Of a stretch of DNA of 64,000 nucleotides, positions 1 to 14,429 are shown piece after piece. This stretch comes from the human T2T-CHM13v2.0 reference genome, Homo sapiens. The DNA is taken from assembly GCF_009914755.1 (NCBI RefSeq), contig NC_060930.1. One strand, written 5' to 3'. The position numbers and the translations under genes are program-made. The stretch's first letter is position 1. Each line of letters opens with the position of its first letter. The notes below the pieces were generated by a model that was not told the DNA's origin, did not search any database, and saw nothing but the letters and a program-made list of their open reading frames with translations.

Positions 1-603
1 TGGGGTTGAGGGTGCGGAGGGCAGAGGCTTGAGTGGAGGCACCAGGTGGAAGGAGCAGGAGGTAGAGGGGCTGCAGTGAGGAGCCCCTGGATTCCAGAGC
101 CAGGCGTTCATCTCCAAACAGATGTTTCCAATAAATCACCCAGTGCGCCAAGGGCAATAACAGCTGGGGGCTTGGCAGAGGCCGAGGTGAAGATTAACTT
201 CTTCACTGCTGCGCTCCCAACCCCAGCCAAACCACCCCTCTTCCCCAGCACTGCCACTGCCACCACTCTGCCAAAACCCCAGGATGACAAGAGCAGGAGA
301 ATGGACTTTGTGTGAGGAACAAAGGAGAGGTCCAGGGCTCCAAGCCCCTGCCCTTATACATCTGTCATTTCTGGACTGAGCACTGAACTGAGAGTCAGGA
401 GCTAGGCCCAACTCAATTTCATGGCGTGGCTCTGGACTAGTCATTTCTTCTCTCTGGGCCTCAGTTTCCCCATCTGCAGGATACAGGTCTGGCTGGGTGC
501 TTTGGGGTATATGTAAGAATGCAGCAGGCAGGATTCGAGCATAGCTCTGGGGGCCGAATGACCCCCACCCTTTTCCCATCACACTTTCTCTTCATCTCTC
601 CAG

Positions 604-828
604 GCCAGCCTCAGGGGAACCCCTTGGGCTGCACCCCACTTCTGCCGAATGACTCTGGCCACCCCTCAGAGCTGGGCGGCACCAGACGGGCGGGGAATGG
701 TGCCCTGGGTGGCCCCAAGGCCCACCGGAAGTTGCAGACACACCCATCTCTCGCCAGCCAGGGCAGCAAGAAGAGTAAGAGCAGCAGCAAATCCACCACC
801 TCCCAGATCCCCCTCCAGGCACAGGAAG
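604..828 (+). CDS. MDFI: MDFI (MyoD family inhibitor, I-mfa) penultimate coding exon (partial gene; upstream exons outside window)
   Basis: Translates (C)QPQGNPLGCTPLLPNDSGHPSELGG...TTSQIPLQAQE, matching human I-mfa as I recall it. Acceptor ctcttcatctctccag| ends at 603; donor GAAG|gtaagc starts at 829; 225 nt, phase 1 on both sides. Confidence 0.97.
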
Positions 829-1459
829 GTAAGCACCCATCCCATCTCTCCCTGGGAGAGGCCTCCAAAGCCGGGTTCCTCGAAGCATGACGCATGGGCC
901 CACTGGAGCACCTTCACCAGGCTGTTACTTAGAGATGCAGGATCTCAGCCTCCTTCCACGCCTACTGGATTGGAATCTCTGGTGGAGCTTAACAAGCCCT
1001 GCAGGGAACCTGACGCATGACCAAATCTTAGAACCTTGCAAAGTACACCCGTTGGGTAAAGGTGTACCTGCCTTCTCAAGGCCACCTCCCCACCCCACCC
1101 CAAACCCCTCCCCATCCCTTCTTTCCCAGAGTTGCTGTGACAAGGAACGGAGCCACCTGGGTTGATCCATCTTAAGCCACTCTGTTTCTGGAAACAGAAA
1201 TTTTCTGTTAAGGGAGGAAAAAAGAACATGTAGCAGAATAAAATGGTGCCAGGGCAGGGCTGCAAGGTGCAGTAGGAGGTCAGAGGATCCAGACACCCAG
1301 CCAGCCGATGTGCCTACAACACAAAGATCCTCTGCAGGGCCACAGGGGCAGCCAGTCCCCTCCTCATCAGCCATCAATTGAACATGGCCAACAGCTGCCT
1401 GAGCTCAGTGATGGCCTGACCTTTACCTCAGAATGTTCCAGTGATTCCTGTCCATGTGA

Positions 1460-1860
<401 letters not shown>

Positions 1861-1909
1861 CCCAACAGTCTTATTTATGAAGGAGCCATTTATTCATTTA
1901 AAATGTCCT

Positions 1910-2086
1910 GGCCAGGCACGTTGGCTCACTTCTGTAATCCCAGCCCTTTGGGATCCACCGAGGCAGGTGGATCACCTGAGGTCAGGAGTTCAAGACCAGC
2001 CTTGTCTAAATGGTGAAACCCTGTCTCTACTAAAAATACAAAAAATTAGCCAGGCGTGGCGGTGGGCGCCTGTAATCCCAGCTACA
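1910..2086 (+). mobile_element. Alu SINE, 3'-truncated
   Basis: ggccaggcacgttggctcacttctgtaatcccagc ... cctgtaatcccagctac. Confidence 0.9.
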
Positions 2087-2094
2087 GTAAGCCT

Positions 2095-3517
<1,423 letters not shown>

Positions 3518-3857
3518 TAGAGTCATTGGAGGCCTAAATGAATGTAATTCATGCACAGCACTCAGAACAGTGCCAAGAACATGTATCACTCCATATGTTG
3601 GTTAAACAAATAAACAGAGGGTGGCTAAGAGCAAGGATGATCCAGACTGCCCGCTCCGATGTGCTTAACTGTCTGTGCCTCGGGGTCATCACCTAGAAAA
3701 TGGAGCTGTGGGGACGGATTCGTGAGCTTCAGGCACACAGTGAACACTCAGCGTCCCTGCTGCTGCCGCTGCCGCGGGCCCCCACACCCCCGGCTATTTC
3801 ACACACGCTCATCCCTCCCCTCTCTCACCCGTCCCCCTCTCCACCGCCACCCCGCAG

Positions 3858-4114
3858 ACTGCTGTGTCCACTGCATCCTGTCCTGCCTGTTCTGCGAGTT
3901 CCTGACGCTGTGCAACATCGTCCTGGACTGCGCCACCTGTGGCTCCTGCAGCTCGGAGGACTCGTGCCTCTGCTGCTGCTGCTGTGGCTCTGGCGAGTGT
4001 GCCGACTGCGACCTGCCCTGCGACCTGGACTGCGGCATCCTGGATGCCTGCTGCGAGTCCGCGGACTGCCTGGAGATCTGCATGGAGTGCTGTGGGCTCT
4101 GCTTCTCCTCCTGA
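3858..4114 (+). CDS. MDFI: MDFI last coding exon, Cys-rich I-mfa domain
   Basis: Acceptor ccaccccgcag| ends at 3857. G|AC joins the previous exon in frame to give DCCVHCILSCLFCEF...ICMECCGLCFSS-TGA (26 Cys in 85 aa). Confidence 0.98.
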
Positions 4115-4790
4115 GCCTCTGTCGGGGGCTAAGCCAGCCTGGCGCCCCTGCAGATTCCAGCAGGGTCCCTCTGAGTGGGGCCAGGCCCAGGACTGTCACA
4201 CAAGGCTTGAGAAGCCCCCTCTCCCTGGTCCTCTCCTACCCACCCATGTCCTCTCAGAACCCCAGCCTTGAAAATAGTGGGGGGCACTCAGAGGGGCCAC
4301 CTCCTCAGCCGTGGGTGGTGGGCCCATGGCAGAGAAGCCTGAACTCTTTACTGGGTTACCAGGTTCATACATTGCTGAGGACCTGACAGGACAACCTAGG
4401 GGCAGGGCTGGGGTGGGGGCCGCAGAGGGCAGCCAGGGCTGGGGAACACTGTGAAAGTTACTTGGGGAGGGTGGGCCGGTGGGGCCGTAGCTCTCTACCT
4501 CTCCCTGCTCCTGGTGCCTGCCTCTCTCCTCCACCCCAGGCTTAGAGGACAGAAAAATGTGAAGAGACGCCCCACCCACCCTCAGCCAGCCCTCTCCAGT
4601 CTCCTTTCCTAGGCTTTTTTGGGGGCCTAACCCACGCAGTGACCCCAGAGGGCAGGGCTAGGCGAGAGCCTGGGGTGGGGCGGGAGGGGGAACAGTATGG
4701 AAAAGACTGGAAGGGGAAAGGAAGGGAAGGGAGGGAGGGTCTGTTCTATCTGTTGCTGTAAATAAAGATATTTGTCCATCTCAGATTTCC
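4115..4790 (+). other. MDFI: MDFI 3'UTR (end approximate)
   Basis: Runs from the stop codon to about 20 nt past AATAAA at 4761-4766; G-rich. Confidence 0.85.
4761..4766 (+). terminator. MDFI polyadenylation signal AATAAA
   Basis: First canonical hexamer downstream of the stop, directly preceded by a TGTA (CFIm-type) motif. Confidence 0.85.
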
Positions 4791-6722
4791 TCAGGACTCA
4801 TGACTAATTGCCATGGACCCTGACTCTCAAAAGCAAACGCCCCCTACCACCGCTAAAAAGCACCCACATGGGTGAGGCTGCCCTGCCCTCTGGGGGCCCT
4901 GCCTCTTCTGCTTTCTTACCCCAGAAACTGCCCTGCCCTTCACGTTCCCCTCCCTTCTTCATGTTTCCCACTAAGGGAAGAAGGTTAAGGGGGTGCTGTC
5001 TCCCACCATTATTTCCTTCTTCCCACCAAGGGGAGGGGAAGCCCAGAGGGAAGAGTTAACCTTGGCATGGAATTAATTAACAGCAGATGTGTTCGGGTTT
5101 TGATTAATTAATCTCCTGCTGACTTCAGCTTCTCCAGCTCTATCCCATGAAGTCGCTCCAAGGCATAGGTGATGCCCATGACAGTGCCAGAGGGGTGCCT
5201 GGGAGGGGGCTACTCCAGGCCTGGGGCAGCCCAGACTTGCCCCTGGGCTTCACTGGAGGCCCAGTGGGGGTCACACACCCAGCCTCAGGCATCCCCCTAT
5301 TGCCAGGCGTCTGAGAAAGAAGGAAGCCTTGTCAGGACTGCATGGGCCCCTACGGCCATCTGTGGGGCGGCCTTGGAGTGCAGAGGGAAGGGCCTGAGAA
5401 GCAATGGCGGCTGTGAGGATCGCAGGGCCGCACTGGGGGCAGCTGGACCAGCACCCCCCACACATATCCTGGACCTGGAGGAGGCCAGGAGAGGTCCAGG
5501 GGGCATGAGAGGCTCTGGGACAGTTGGGGCAACTTGGAGAACACTCAGCTGATGAAGGCCTTGAGACGGGGGCTGCAGGGGTATTAGTGGGCACTGCTTC
5601 CAGGAATGAAGGCTTGGAGTGGTTCCGAGGGATTCTGGAAGGAAGGAGTGGGGACTGGGGAAAAGGGCCAGATGAAATCCAAACTCTCTTAAGGAATGTC
5701 ACAGGAGGGAGCAGCCTATGGCCTTGGGAGTGGGTTTCATTGCAGCAGGAGGAGGAGGTTCTAACAGGCAACGCAAACTAGCCCCCCACCCCCTCCCCAC
5801 TCCATCTCCACGCACACACGCCTCACTTCACCAGCTTCAAGGTTTTCTGACCTCTGAGAGCACACAAGAAATTCAGGACACAGAGAGGAAGGGACCTGCC
5901 TGGGGTCTCACAATCAAGCCGGTAGAGGGTCCCCGAGGCACCCCCAGCACTCATGTATCTATTTGTGCGTATTTTTATATATTTTCTTAGTTATTGCCTG
6001 CCCAAGGTACGGAAGGTTTGAAAGTCTGATCTGTGCACACACAAGCATTTACATGTATGTGTTTTCTTTTTTTACGAAGATGTGAGGATCCTGTACACAC
6101 TGCACTGTACCCTGTTTTTCCCACCTGGCCATGTCTTGGGGAGCTTCCTTCCCAGCACATGGAGAGCTGGCTGAGTTGCCCTGGATGGATGCGCCACAGT
6201 CCAGGGACCCCCAGCTCTGCTTAATCCGCTCTCAAGCGCTTTGGTACAAACCAGGCTGAGCGAGGCACACCCTTTTGCATGAATGAGCTGTATCGGCAGA
6301 ATGTTCGTGAATGTGGGATTGCTGGACCTACCATTGACAGGACTGCCTGGCTTTCCTCTGTGAGGGTGTTCCAGCCTCGGCTCACTCAGCCTCGGGGGCA
6401 TCCACTTCTCCCACTGCCCTCGAGAGACAACGGTGGGAGGGTTTCCCATTCAGTCCTCAAGGCTGGGGTCTGAAGGGCGTTAGGGAGGCCAGATCAGGGG
6501 GTGAAGGGGCTCCTGACCAGCTCGATATCTGGTCCAGGTGGGCAGGAAGGCCTGCTCCTGGCCCTCCCTGCTCCGCAGGGCTGTGGCAGGAAGAGGCGCC
6601 TCTGCAATCCAAACAGCGATTTCCTGCTGCAGGCTCCAGGCTGTTTTCTTTAGGACAGTGGCTGAAACCCTAGAGGCTAAGCTGGGTTGGGGCGGGACAG
6701 GGGAAGGATTTAGCCAGCCCCC

Positions 6723-6726
<4 letters not shown>

Positions 6727-6762
<36 letters not shown>

Positions 6763-6930
6763 ACTCACACACACACACACTTCACACCTGTATGCACACA
6801 CACATACACTCACACAGACTTTCCATACAGTCACGTACTCACATACATTCCGCAGGCTCATGCATTCCATCACCCGCACCACACACACACTCACACCACA
6901 TCTACCCACACACGGACACACACTCACACA
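6727..6930. repeat. (CA)n microsatellite plus degenerate CA-rich tail
   Basis: Near-pure CA run 6727-6780, then decayed CA repeats. Confidence 0.9.
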
Positions 6931-9789
6931 TTTCACAGCCTGCAGCCGCCGCCACCCATGGCCAGCCTGAGGCTGGGCTGTGGAGACTCATGCCTATCCA
7001 TTCAAGCTTCGTCCCACACCTGCCCTGCCTTCCTCACCTCCCTGTCTTTGCCCAGGTGGCCCTGATCCCTGCCGGGCAGCAAATGGCAAAAGCCCTGGCT
7101 CTGGGCCCTTCCCTCTCCTCATGGTCTACCACAGGCTCCCAGGCTCTGCTTTCCAACGGCTGGGCTGAGCCAGGAGACAGTTTTAGGCCTGGCTGTGCTG
7201 TGGGCCCCGGGAAAGAGGCCCTTTCCTCCCCAAGCCTGTGTGTACGACGGAAGAGTGGGTAGACTGCAGCCACAGTGTCCAGGGAACACCTGCCTCTCTC
7301 CAGTCTTCTTTCATCTTTGGAGCAGCAGATCAGGCCACTTTTGCCTGGGAGACATCTTAAGAGGCCACCCCGCCCCCTGGGTTGTCTAAACCAAGGCAAG
7401 CACCCCCTGCTTGTGGGAGAGAAGGTGGTGAGGCCAAGTTTAGCCATCTGTGGCTAGTACTGTCCATGACCACTCAGTGATCTTGTGCGCCAAACCTAAG
7501 AGGGGTGGCCCCACGGCAGAGCAAGTAGCTGAACCAGGGGGTGGTTTGTGAGGGGAGGGCAATCAGCCGGACCCCTCTGCCTCCATAGTCTCCATCAGCT
7601 TCTCCCTGTATTTGGAACTTTAACTGGCATAGCCTGTTCTCATACTCAGAGCGGGGCAAACTGAGCTTCAGGCCCCATGGCCTCCATGGCTCCAGAGCTG
7701 CCAGGACAGAACACCGCTAAGCAGTTCTGACACTGGGCTGAGCAGGTCCATCCCTGCCCCGTGCCATCACCCTCAACAGCTTCACCTGCTCCCCAGGGTG
7801 ATGGTCCGGTTGTGGGGGCTGGGGCTGGTCTCTGGGGTTTTCAGGCCAACTGCTGCACACAATCCCAGGGCTGAGCAGGGGGCAGCGGGACTCCACTTGT
7901 TGACCGAGCTGGAAAACAGCTTAGTCGTCCTTGGGGCTGGCCCTGGGCAAAGAGAGGTGAGGGAGAAGCAGGGACAGGAGGCTCAGGCCACAGTGGGGGA
8001 GTAGCGAGTCATGGGGACAGAGCTCACAGAGCCGGTCCCTTGTCATCTCTGTGCAGATGCTCCTCTGTGCTCTGACTTTCCTAGGCTGGTGAGGACACAC
8101 GGTATGGGATGGCAGCCGCAGTCACAGCCCTTTCATCACCTCAGCCTCCTCTGGAGAAAAGCCATCTCCCAGCCCTTCCTCGCCTCTCACCTGGTTTCAC
8201 CGCTTTCCCCCAGGCCGTAGCCACCGTCCCGTTCACAATCCCTGCCATCTCCGGGTCTGCTTCTTTCTGGGTGCGGGGCACATTTCCTCCTACTGCAGAC
8301 AGATACATGTGGAGTGGGAAGGGGTAGACACACGGTCCACCTGGCACCGTCTCAGTTCTACTGCCTTGGGGCCACATAGCAAAGGCCAGGGAGGCACTCT
8401 GATTGGCCCCGCACATCAGCAGGCTCATCCCTGAGCCAATCACGGTGCCAGGGGACGGAGGGCTGTGGCTGGCCAGGCCTCATCGTGTGCTGCCTCTGTG
8501 GCCTGGGAGAGTGGGCTACTTGGCCACCCCTCCAGACCCTGATAGAATCAAGGAAGGGAAACCTCCCAAAGAGGTAGGGGTGTTATAAGAAAAACGAGGG
8601 GAAAGCTAACAGATTAAAACAACAGAAGTTACCGTGGGGTCAGACTACCACGGGTGGTACAGAGAAGTCCCTGAGTAGAGGAGACCCAGCTGGAAACCTC
8701 AAGTTGTCGAGTGCAGCTCAGCACATTTGGCTGGAGAAGAGAAGGCAAGAATGGCCTTCAAGTACCTGGAGCTTGAGTAGAGTGCGGCTTATGTTCAGCC
8801 TCCAGCAGGTAGGGGTAAGACCGAGAAGCAGACATAACAGAAAGAGCATTCCCAGCTCCAGGAATGAGAGAATACTCTGCTAGCAAGAACTGCCCCAGGA
8901 AAGATGGACAGCCACAGCAGGGGGCAGGGCTGGGGTCATCCCTGTTCCAAGGACTGTTCTGGGGGAGCCAGTGTAGATTAGGTCCCTGCCCAGGTACTGA
9001 CAGGGCGGCAGAAAGGACAGATGGTGGAGAGTTTTTACAGGTGGTCCCACAATTCCTTCTAACTCAGATCTTCCATAGCTAACAACATAGACTGCGGCCA
9101 TCTGATAAGAGAGAAACACGGGATTGAAGGTAGTCGGGGAGATGGAGTAAGATGAACAAAAGGAGACAGAGACAAGGAGGCAGACAGGAGGGTGCGGACA
9201 AACTAAGGCCCTTGGAGACGGAAAGGTGAAGCAGCAGGCTGAAGGCACACAGCCCCCGGCCCCTCCCAAGGTCGCCCGCTGTGGGCTGTGGGGGCAGTGG
9301 TGCCCCTTAGCCCGGGTCCCTCCCAGGCATGGAGCCTCCGCAGAGCTGGGCAGCTCAGCATTAATTAGGACCTGGCTAATGGCTCGGAAGATTGGCCAGT
9401 TCTAGGGACGCTGATGAATAGAGACCGCGCTGAGATTTATTCCTAATTATCTCATTTGTCTCCCCCCATTACTCTTTATGGCTGGGATTTATGGGACCAT
9501 TAGGGGGGCCCAGCCAGGCCAGGACGAGTGTGAGCCTCGAGATGCTTCGTGCTAATAACAATAACAATGGTCCTCTTGGCCCGGATTAATGGAGGACTGA
9601 CTTTCTTGCCCTCCCCATCCCCTATTCTTGGGACCCCAGACACTAGCTTCCCCCATGTTCCTCTCCCGTCCAGGACCCCTGGCCCTCAGCCACCTGTGGA
9701 GTTCAAGCCTGTGCCCCCCTCTGCCTCCCGCTCTACCCCAAGGGCTCAAGGTAGTAGTGGGAGGACCTGATTTCAAAGGTAACACCTCT

Positions 9790-10070
9790 GGGACAAAGCT
9801 TGTATCAATATTGATGTGTTCGGCAGCAAGCAGCAAAGAACCCAAATAAATATGGCCTCAACTATAAGGACATTTATTGTCTCCTTAACTAGAAATGCGG
9901 AAGTGGGTGAGCCCTGAGCTGATCAGGAAACTCCAAGACACCATCAAGGATCCTGGCTTCCAACCTCCTGCTCCATCATGCCCAGAATGTTGTCCATGGC
10001 TCCCCTCCTAGTCACAAAATGGCTACTACAGCCCCAAGCGTTGTGTCTTTACACATGGCATCCCTCGAGA
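9790..10070. mobile_element. Old ERVL-MaLR (MLT1-like) LTR fragment
   Basis: Resembles MLT1 LTR wording (aacccaaataaatatggcctcaac...atttattgtctc; aaaatggctacta); subfamily uncertain. Confidence 0.45.
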
Positions 10071-10086
10071 ACAAAAAGGGCAGGTG

Positions 10087-10388
10087 GGCTGGGTGCAGTG
10101 GCTCATGCCTGTAATCCTAGCACTTTGGGAGGCTGAGGCAGGTGGATTGCCTGAGCTCAGGAGTTCAAGACCAGCCTAGGCAACATGGCGAAACCCCGTC
10201 TCTACTAAAAATACAAAAAATTAGCTGGGCATGGTGGTGCATGCCTGTAATCCCAGCTACTTGGGATGCTGAGGTACAAGACTCCCTTGAACCCGGCGGA
10301 GGTTGCAGTGAGCCGAGATCACACCACTGTACTCCAGCCTGGGCAACAAGCGAGACTCTGTCTCAAAAAAAAAAAAAAAAAAAAAAAG
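10087..10388 (+). mobile_element. Alu SINE
   Basis: ggctgggtgcagtggctcatgcc ... poly-A; flanked by aaaaagg(g)cag TSD-like sequence. Confidence 0.95.
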
Positions 10389-11194
10389 GCAGATGGAAAA
10401 GGGGGACTTCTCCTCCCTCACCTTTTACCAGAGCAGGGAGGGAACGATTTCCAGAAGCCCCAACAGGCTTCTACTTACATCTTTGCCCACACTGGATCAT
10501 ATTCCTTCTTAGGTTGGACTCCTCCAGAAGCTGACTCTAGACAAGAATTGAAGTGCAAATAATTTGCTTACGAGGGGGTTCCAGGAAACACCAGTAGGGG
10601 AGTGAGGAGTGTTATCAAGCTGGTTACCACTGTGGGCAACTGGACACGTGCTTCTGAGGGAACTGCGATATTTACACAGCAAACCCATGGTTGCCGGTTG
10701 GGGACCGTTCCCAGCAGGGAGTGTTCTCCAGCGCTCCTAGCCTGCTGGGCTGTGGAAGAAAAGCCCCCAGAGGCAGAAGGGGGCCAGGGTGTCCCTCCCT
10801 GAGAAGGACCAGCGAACAGGCAGGCATTGGCAGAACCTGCCCTCACCCACCAAGGGGAGTGATGATTGATGGCCAGACAAACCCAACTCACTGCTGGGCA
10901 GGGAGAAAGGGGGCTACCTTTGGGGACTCAGCCCCAGGGTCTGCCACAGAGCCCCTCCCCACCTCCTCTACCTTGGACTCTACTACCCGGGCCAGCCACA
11001 GGGGATGAGCTTCAGTGTGAGGTGAAGGTGGGAACAAACCACATAGAGAAGATGCGTTTCAGCCCCTGTCCTGTTTAGAAGGTTCATGTCAGAGCCCTCT
11101 TCAAGAAGATTCCTGGAAGCCACTGTGTGAAAGTTCTGCAAGCTTCCCATTAGCCAGAACTTAGTCACATGGCCACGTTCAGCTGCAAAGGAGG

Positions 11195-11589
11195 TGTATT
11201 GGTCCATTCTCACACTGCTATGAAGAAACACCCAAGACTGGGTAATTTATAAATAAAAGATTTTTAAAGGGTAATTGACTCACAGTTCCGCACTGCTGGG
11301 GAGGCCTCAGGAAACTTACAATCATGGCAGAAGGCAAAGGAGAAGCAGGCACCTTCTTCACAGGCGGCAGGACAGAGTGAGTGCAAGCAGGGGAAATGCC
11401 AGATGCTTACATGTTCATCATCAGATCTTGGGAGACTCACTCACTATCACAAGAACAGCGTGGGAGAAACTGCCCCCATGATCCAATTGACTCCACCTGG
11501 TCCCACCCTTGACACGTGGCGATTATGGGGATTATGGGGATTACAATTCAAGATGAGATTTTGGGTGGGGACATAGCCAAACCATAAGA
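11195..11589 (-). mobile_element. THE1/MST-family (MaLR) solo LTR, THE1D-like, inserted into an older MLT1-like LTR
   Basis: tgtattggtccattctcacactgctatgaag...ggggaggcctcaggaaacttacaatcatggcagaagg...gagattttgggtggggacatagccaaaccata. 5-bp ggagg TSD on both sides. The flanks (gtcacatggccac...ctgcaaag / ctagaaaatgtcatcttt) join into an MLT1-like sequence. Confidence 0.85.
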
Positions 11590-11729
11590 GGAGGCTAGAA
11601 AATGTCATCTTTATTCTGGGTGGCCAAATGCCCAGCTGAAATTTCTATTACTGTGGAAGAAAGGGTGACTAGATATGAGGGGACAGCTAGCTGTCTCAAC
11701 TACCCTACCCAACAGCCATTTGCCTCTTC

Positions 11730-12537
<808 letters not shown>

Positions 12538-13248
12538 CTCCCTTCTCTTGGCATTAGTTTCTCTGTGAGACGAATGGAGGGGTTGTCCTAAAGTCTCACT
12601 TTCCTGGTAAGGAATTCAGAGAGCCCTGTGTCTACCATGTTAGTGACAGAAATCCTGTGCAAACCAACTTAAGCACAAAAGGAATTTATTGGCGCTCATG
12701 GCTGGAAGGAACACTCTGGTATTTGTAAAATTAAAGAAAGAGCTTCAGGAATCAGGATGGGAGCTGGGGACCCAGTGCCTCTGGGATTCTCTCTGTCTTC
12801 TTCCTTCTGTCTCAACTCTGAGATTCCCTGTGTGATGGCCTCAATGTCTCCTATTGAAGATAGATCTCCTCCACATTGGTGGGTGGGAAGAAAACAAGGT
12901 GAACAGAAACCAGAGATCTTGGCAACCCTGGTGAGAGAAAGGACCCTTTGCATAGTTTCTCAATCCCAGGACAGGATGCTGGATGGCTCTCTGGGATCAC
13001 ATGCCCATCCTCTGGGTAAATCAGTGTTTCATTGGATACATCGATTGGTCAAGCCTGGGTCATCTGTTTACCTCTGCTGGAGAAGGAGCTTTGGTAATTG
13101 ATGGATTCATCAGAACCACATGGAGGAGGAGAGGAGCAGCTCCCAAAGTGTGGGGTATACTGTGGAAGCATTGGGAGGACAAAACAAAAACAGATGCTCA
13201 AGACACATCTCATTCCCCGAAAGACAGAGGCCCCAAGTGATTTTGTTG

Positions 13249-13594
<346 letters not shown>

Positions 13595-13842
13595 TGAAAG
13601 CAATCCTGCTACCCAGAGAAGGGCTTCAATTCTATATGAATGGTGCCCCTTGAAGTGGGACAATGTGGCATCCCTGAACTTGATAATACCTTGAACTTGG
13701 ACTGCAGATGTGTGGCTGAGCCATAAAGGAGGCCTGCCACCTCTTGGGGATCTTTTCCTAAAACTCTAGCCAAAGGGGGTATTCCATTTTGGATGATGAA
13801 TCTATCAGTTGGAGCCAGTTAGGACAATTCAGCGTATTCCAA

Positions 13843-13844
<2 letters not shown>

Positions 13845-13908
<64 letters not shown>
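13845..13908. repeat. (TG)32 microsatellite
   Basis: Uninterrupted TG run. Confidence 0.97.
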
Positions 13909-13909
<1 letters not shown>

Positions 13910-14429
13910 TGGGGGAGGCTGTTGATACAGGGAATAGGTTACATGAATGATGGAAGAACCAAGATGCCAATGGTATGATGAGGCACCCCAGAGATTAGCA
14001 ATACCAATAAGGGATAGGGAGAAAATAGGAGGAGGTAGTGTTAGGTGTTACCAGAGCCCAGAAGCCAGAACCATGTGGAAAGAGCTAAAACCACAGTGGT
14101 GAGGGGGCTGCCTAGCAGAATCTGTGATTGTGGAAGGCGGCCTGGGGAAGCTGGAGCCACAGAGGAGACAGCTGCTTCTGGAGAGCCCACCCAAGGCAGA
14201 GAAAGGGAGACAAATTCCCTGGCTTCTCCCTTCCTTCTAGCTTGTGAACTCCCTCCAGTGGCCCCACTGGCTGAACTCAGATGGAAGCCAGCTGAAATAA
14301 GAGCCCGAGAAACAGAGGCTGCAAGGGCCATCATCCCTGTAGGGCAGGGCAGGGCAGAGCAGATCAGACAAAGGGCAAGGAATGTGTCTGAGGATACATA
14401 GGCAAATGACAGACACAATGGCCAACTGG

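Noticed and set aside
3659-3857. N-terminal part of the 151-aa ORF upstream of the I-mfa domain
   Set aside because: Intronic. The true acceptor is at 3857 and the upstream peptide has no similarity to MDFI as I know it.
3700-4386. 228-aa alternative-frame ORF overlapping the last MDFI exon
   Set aside because: A shadow of GC-rich, TGC-rich coding sequence (Leu runs come from Cys codons); it starts inside the intron.
6538-7065. His/Thr-rich 175-aa ORF (and similar ones at 13758, 16432, 27682, 59907)
   Set aside because: Translations of CA, TG, TA or GGAT microsatellites.
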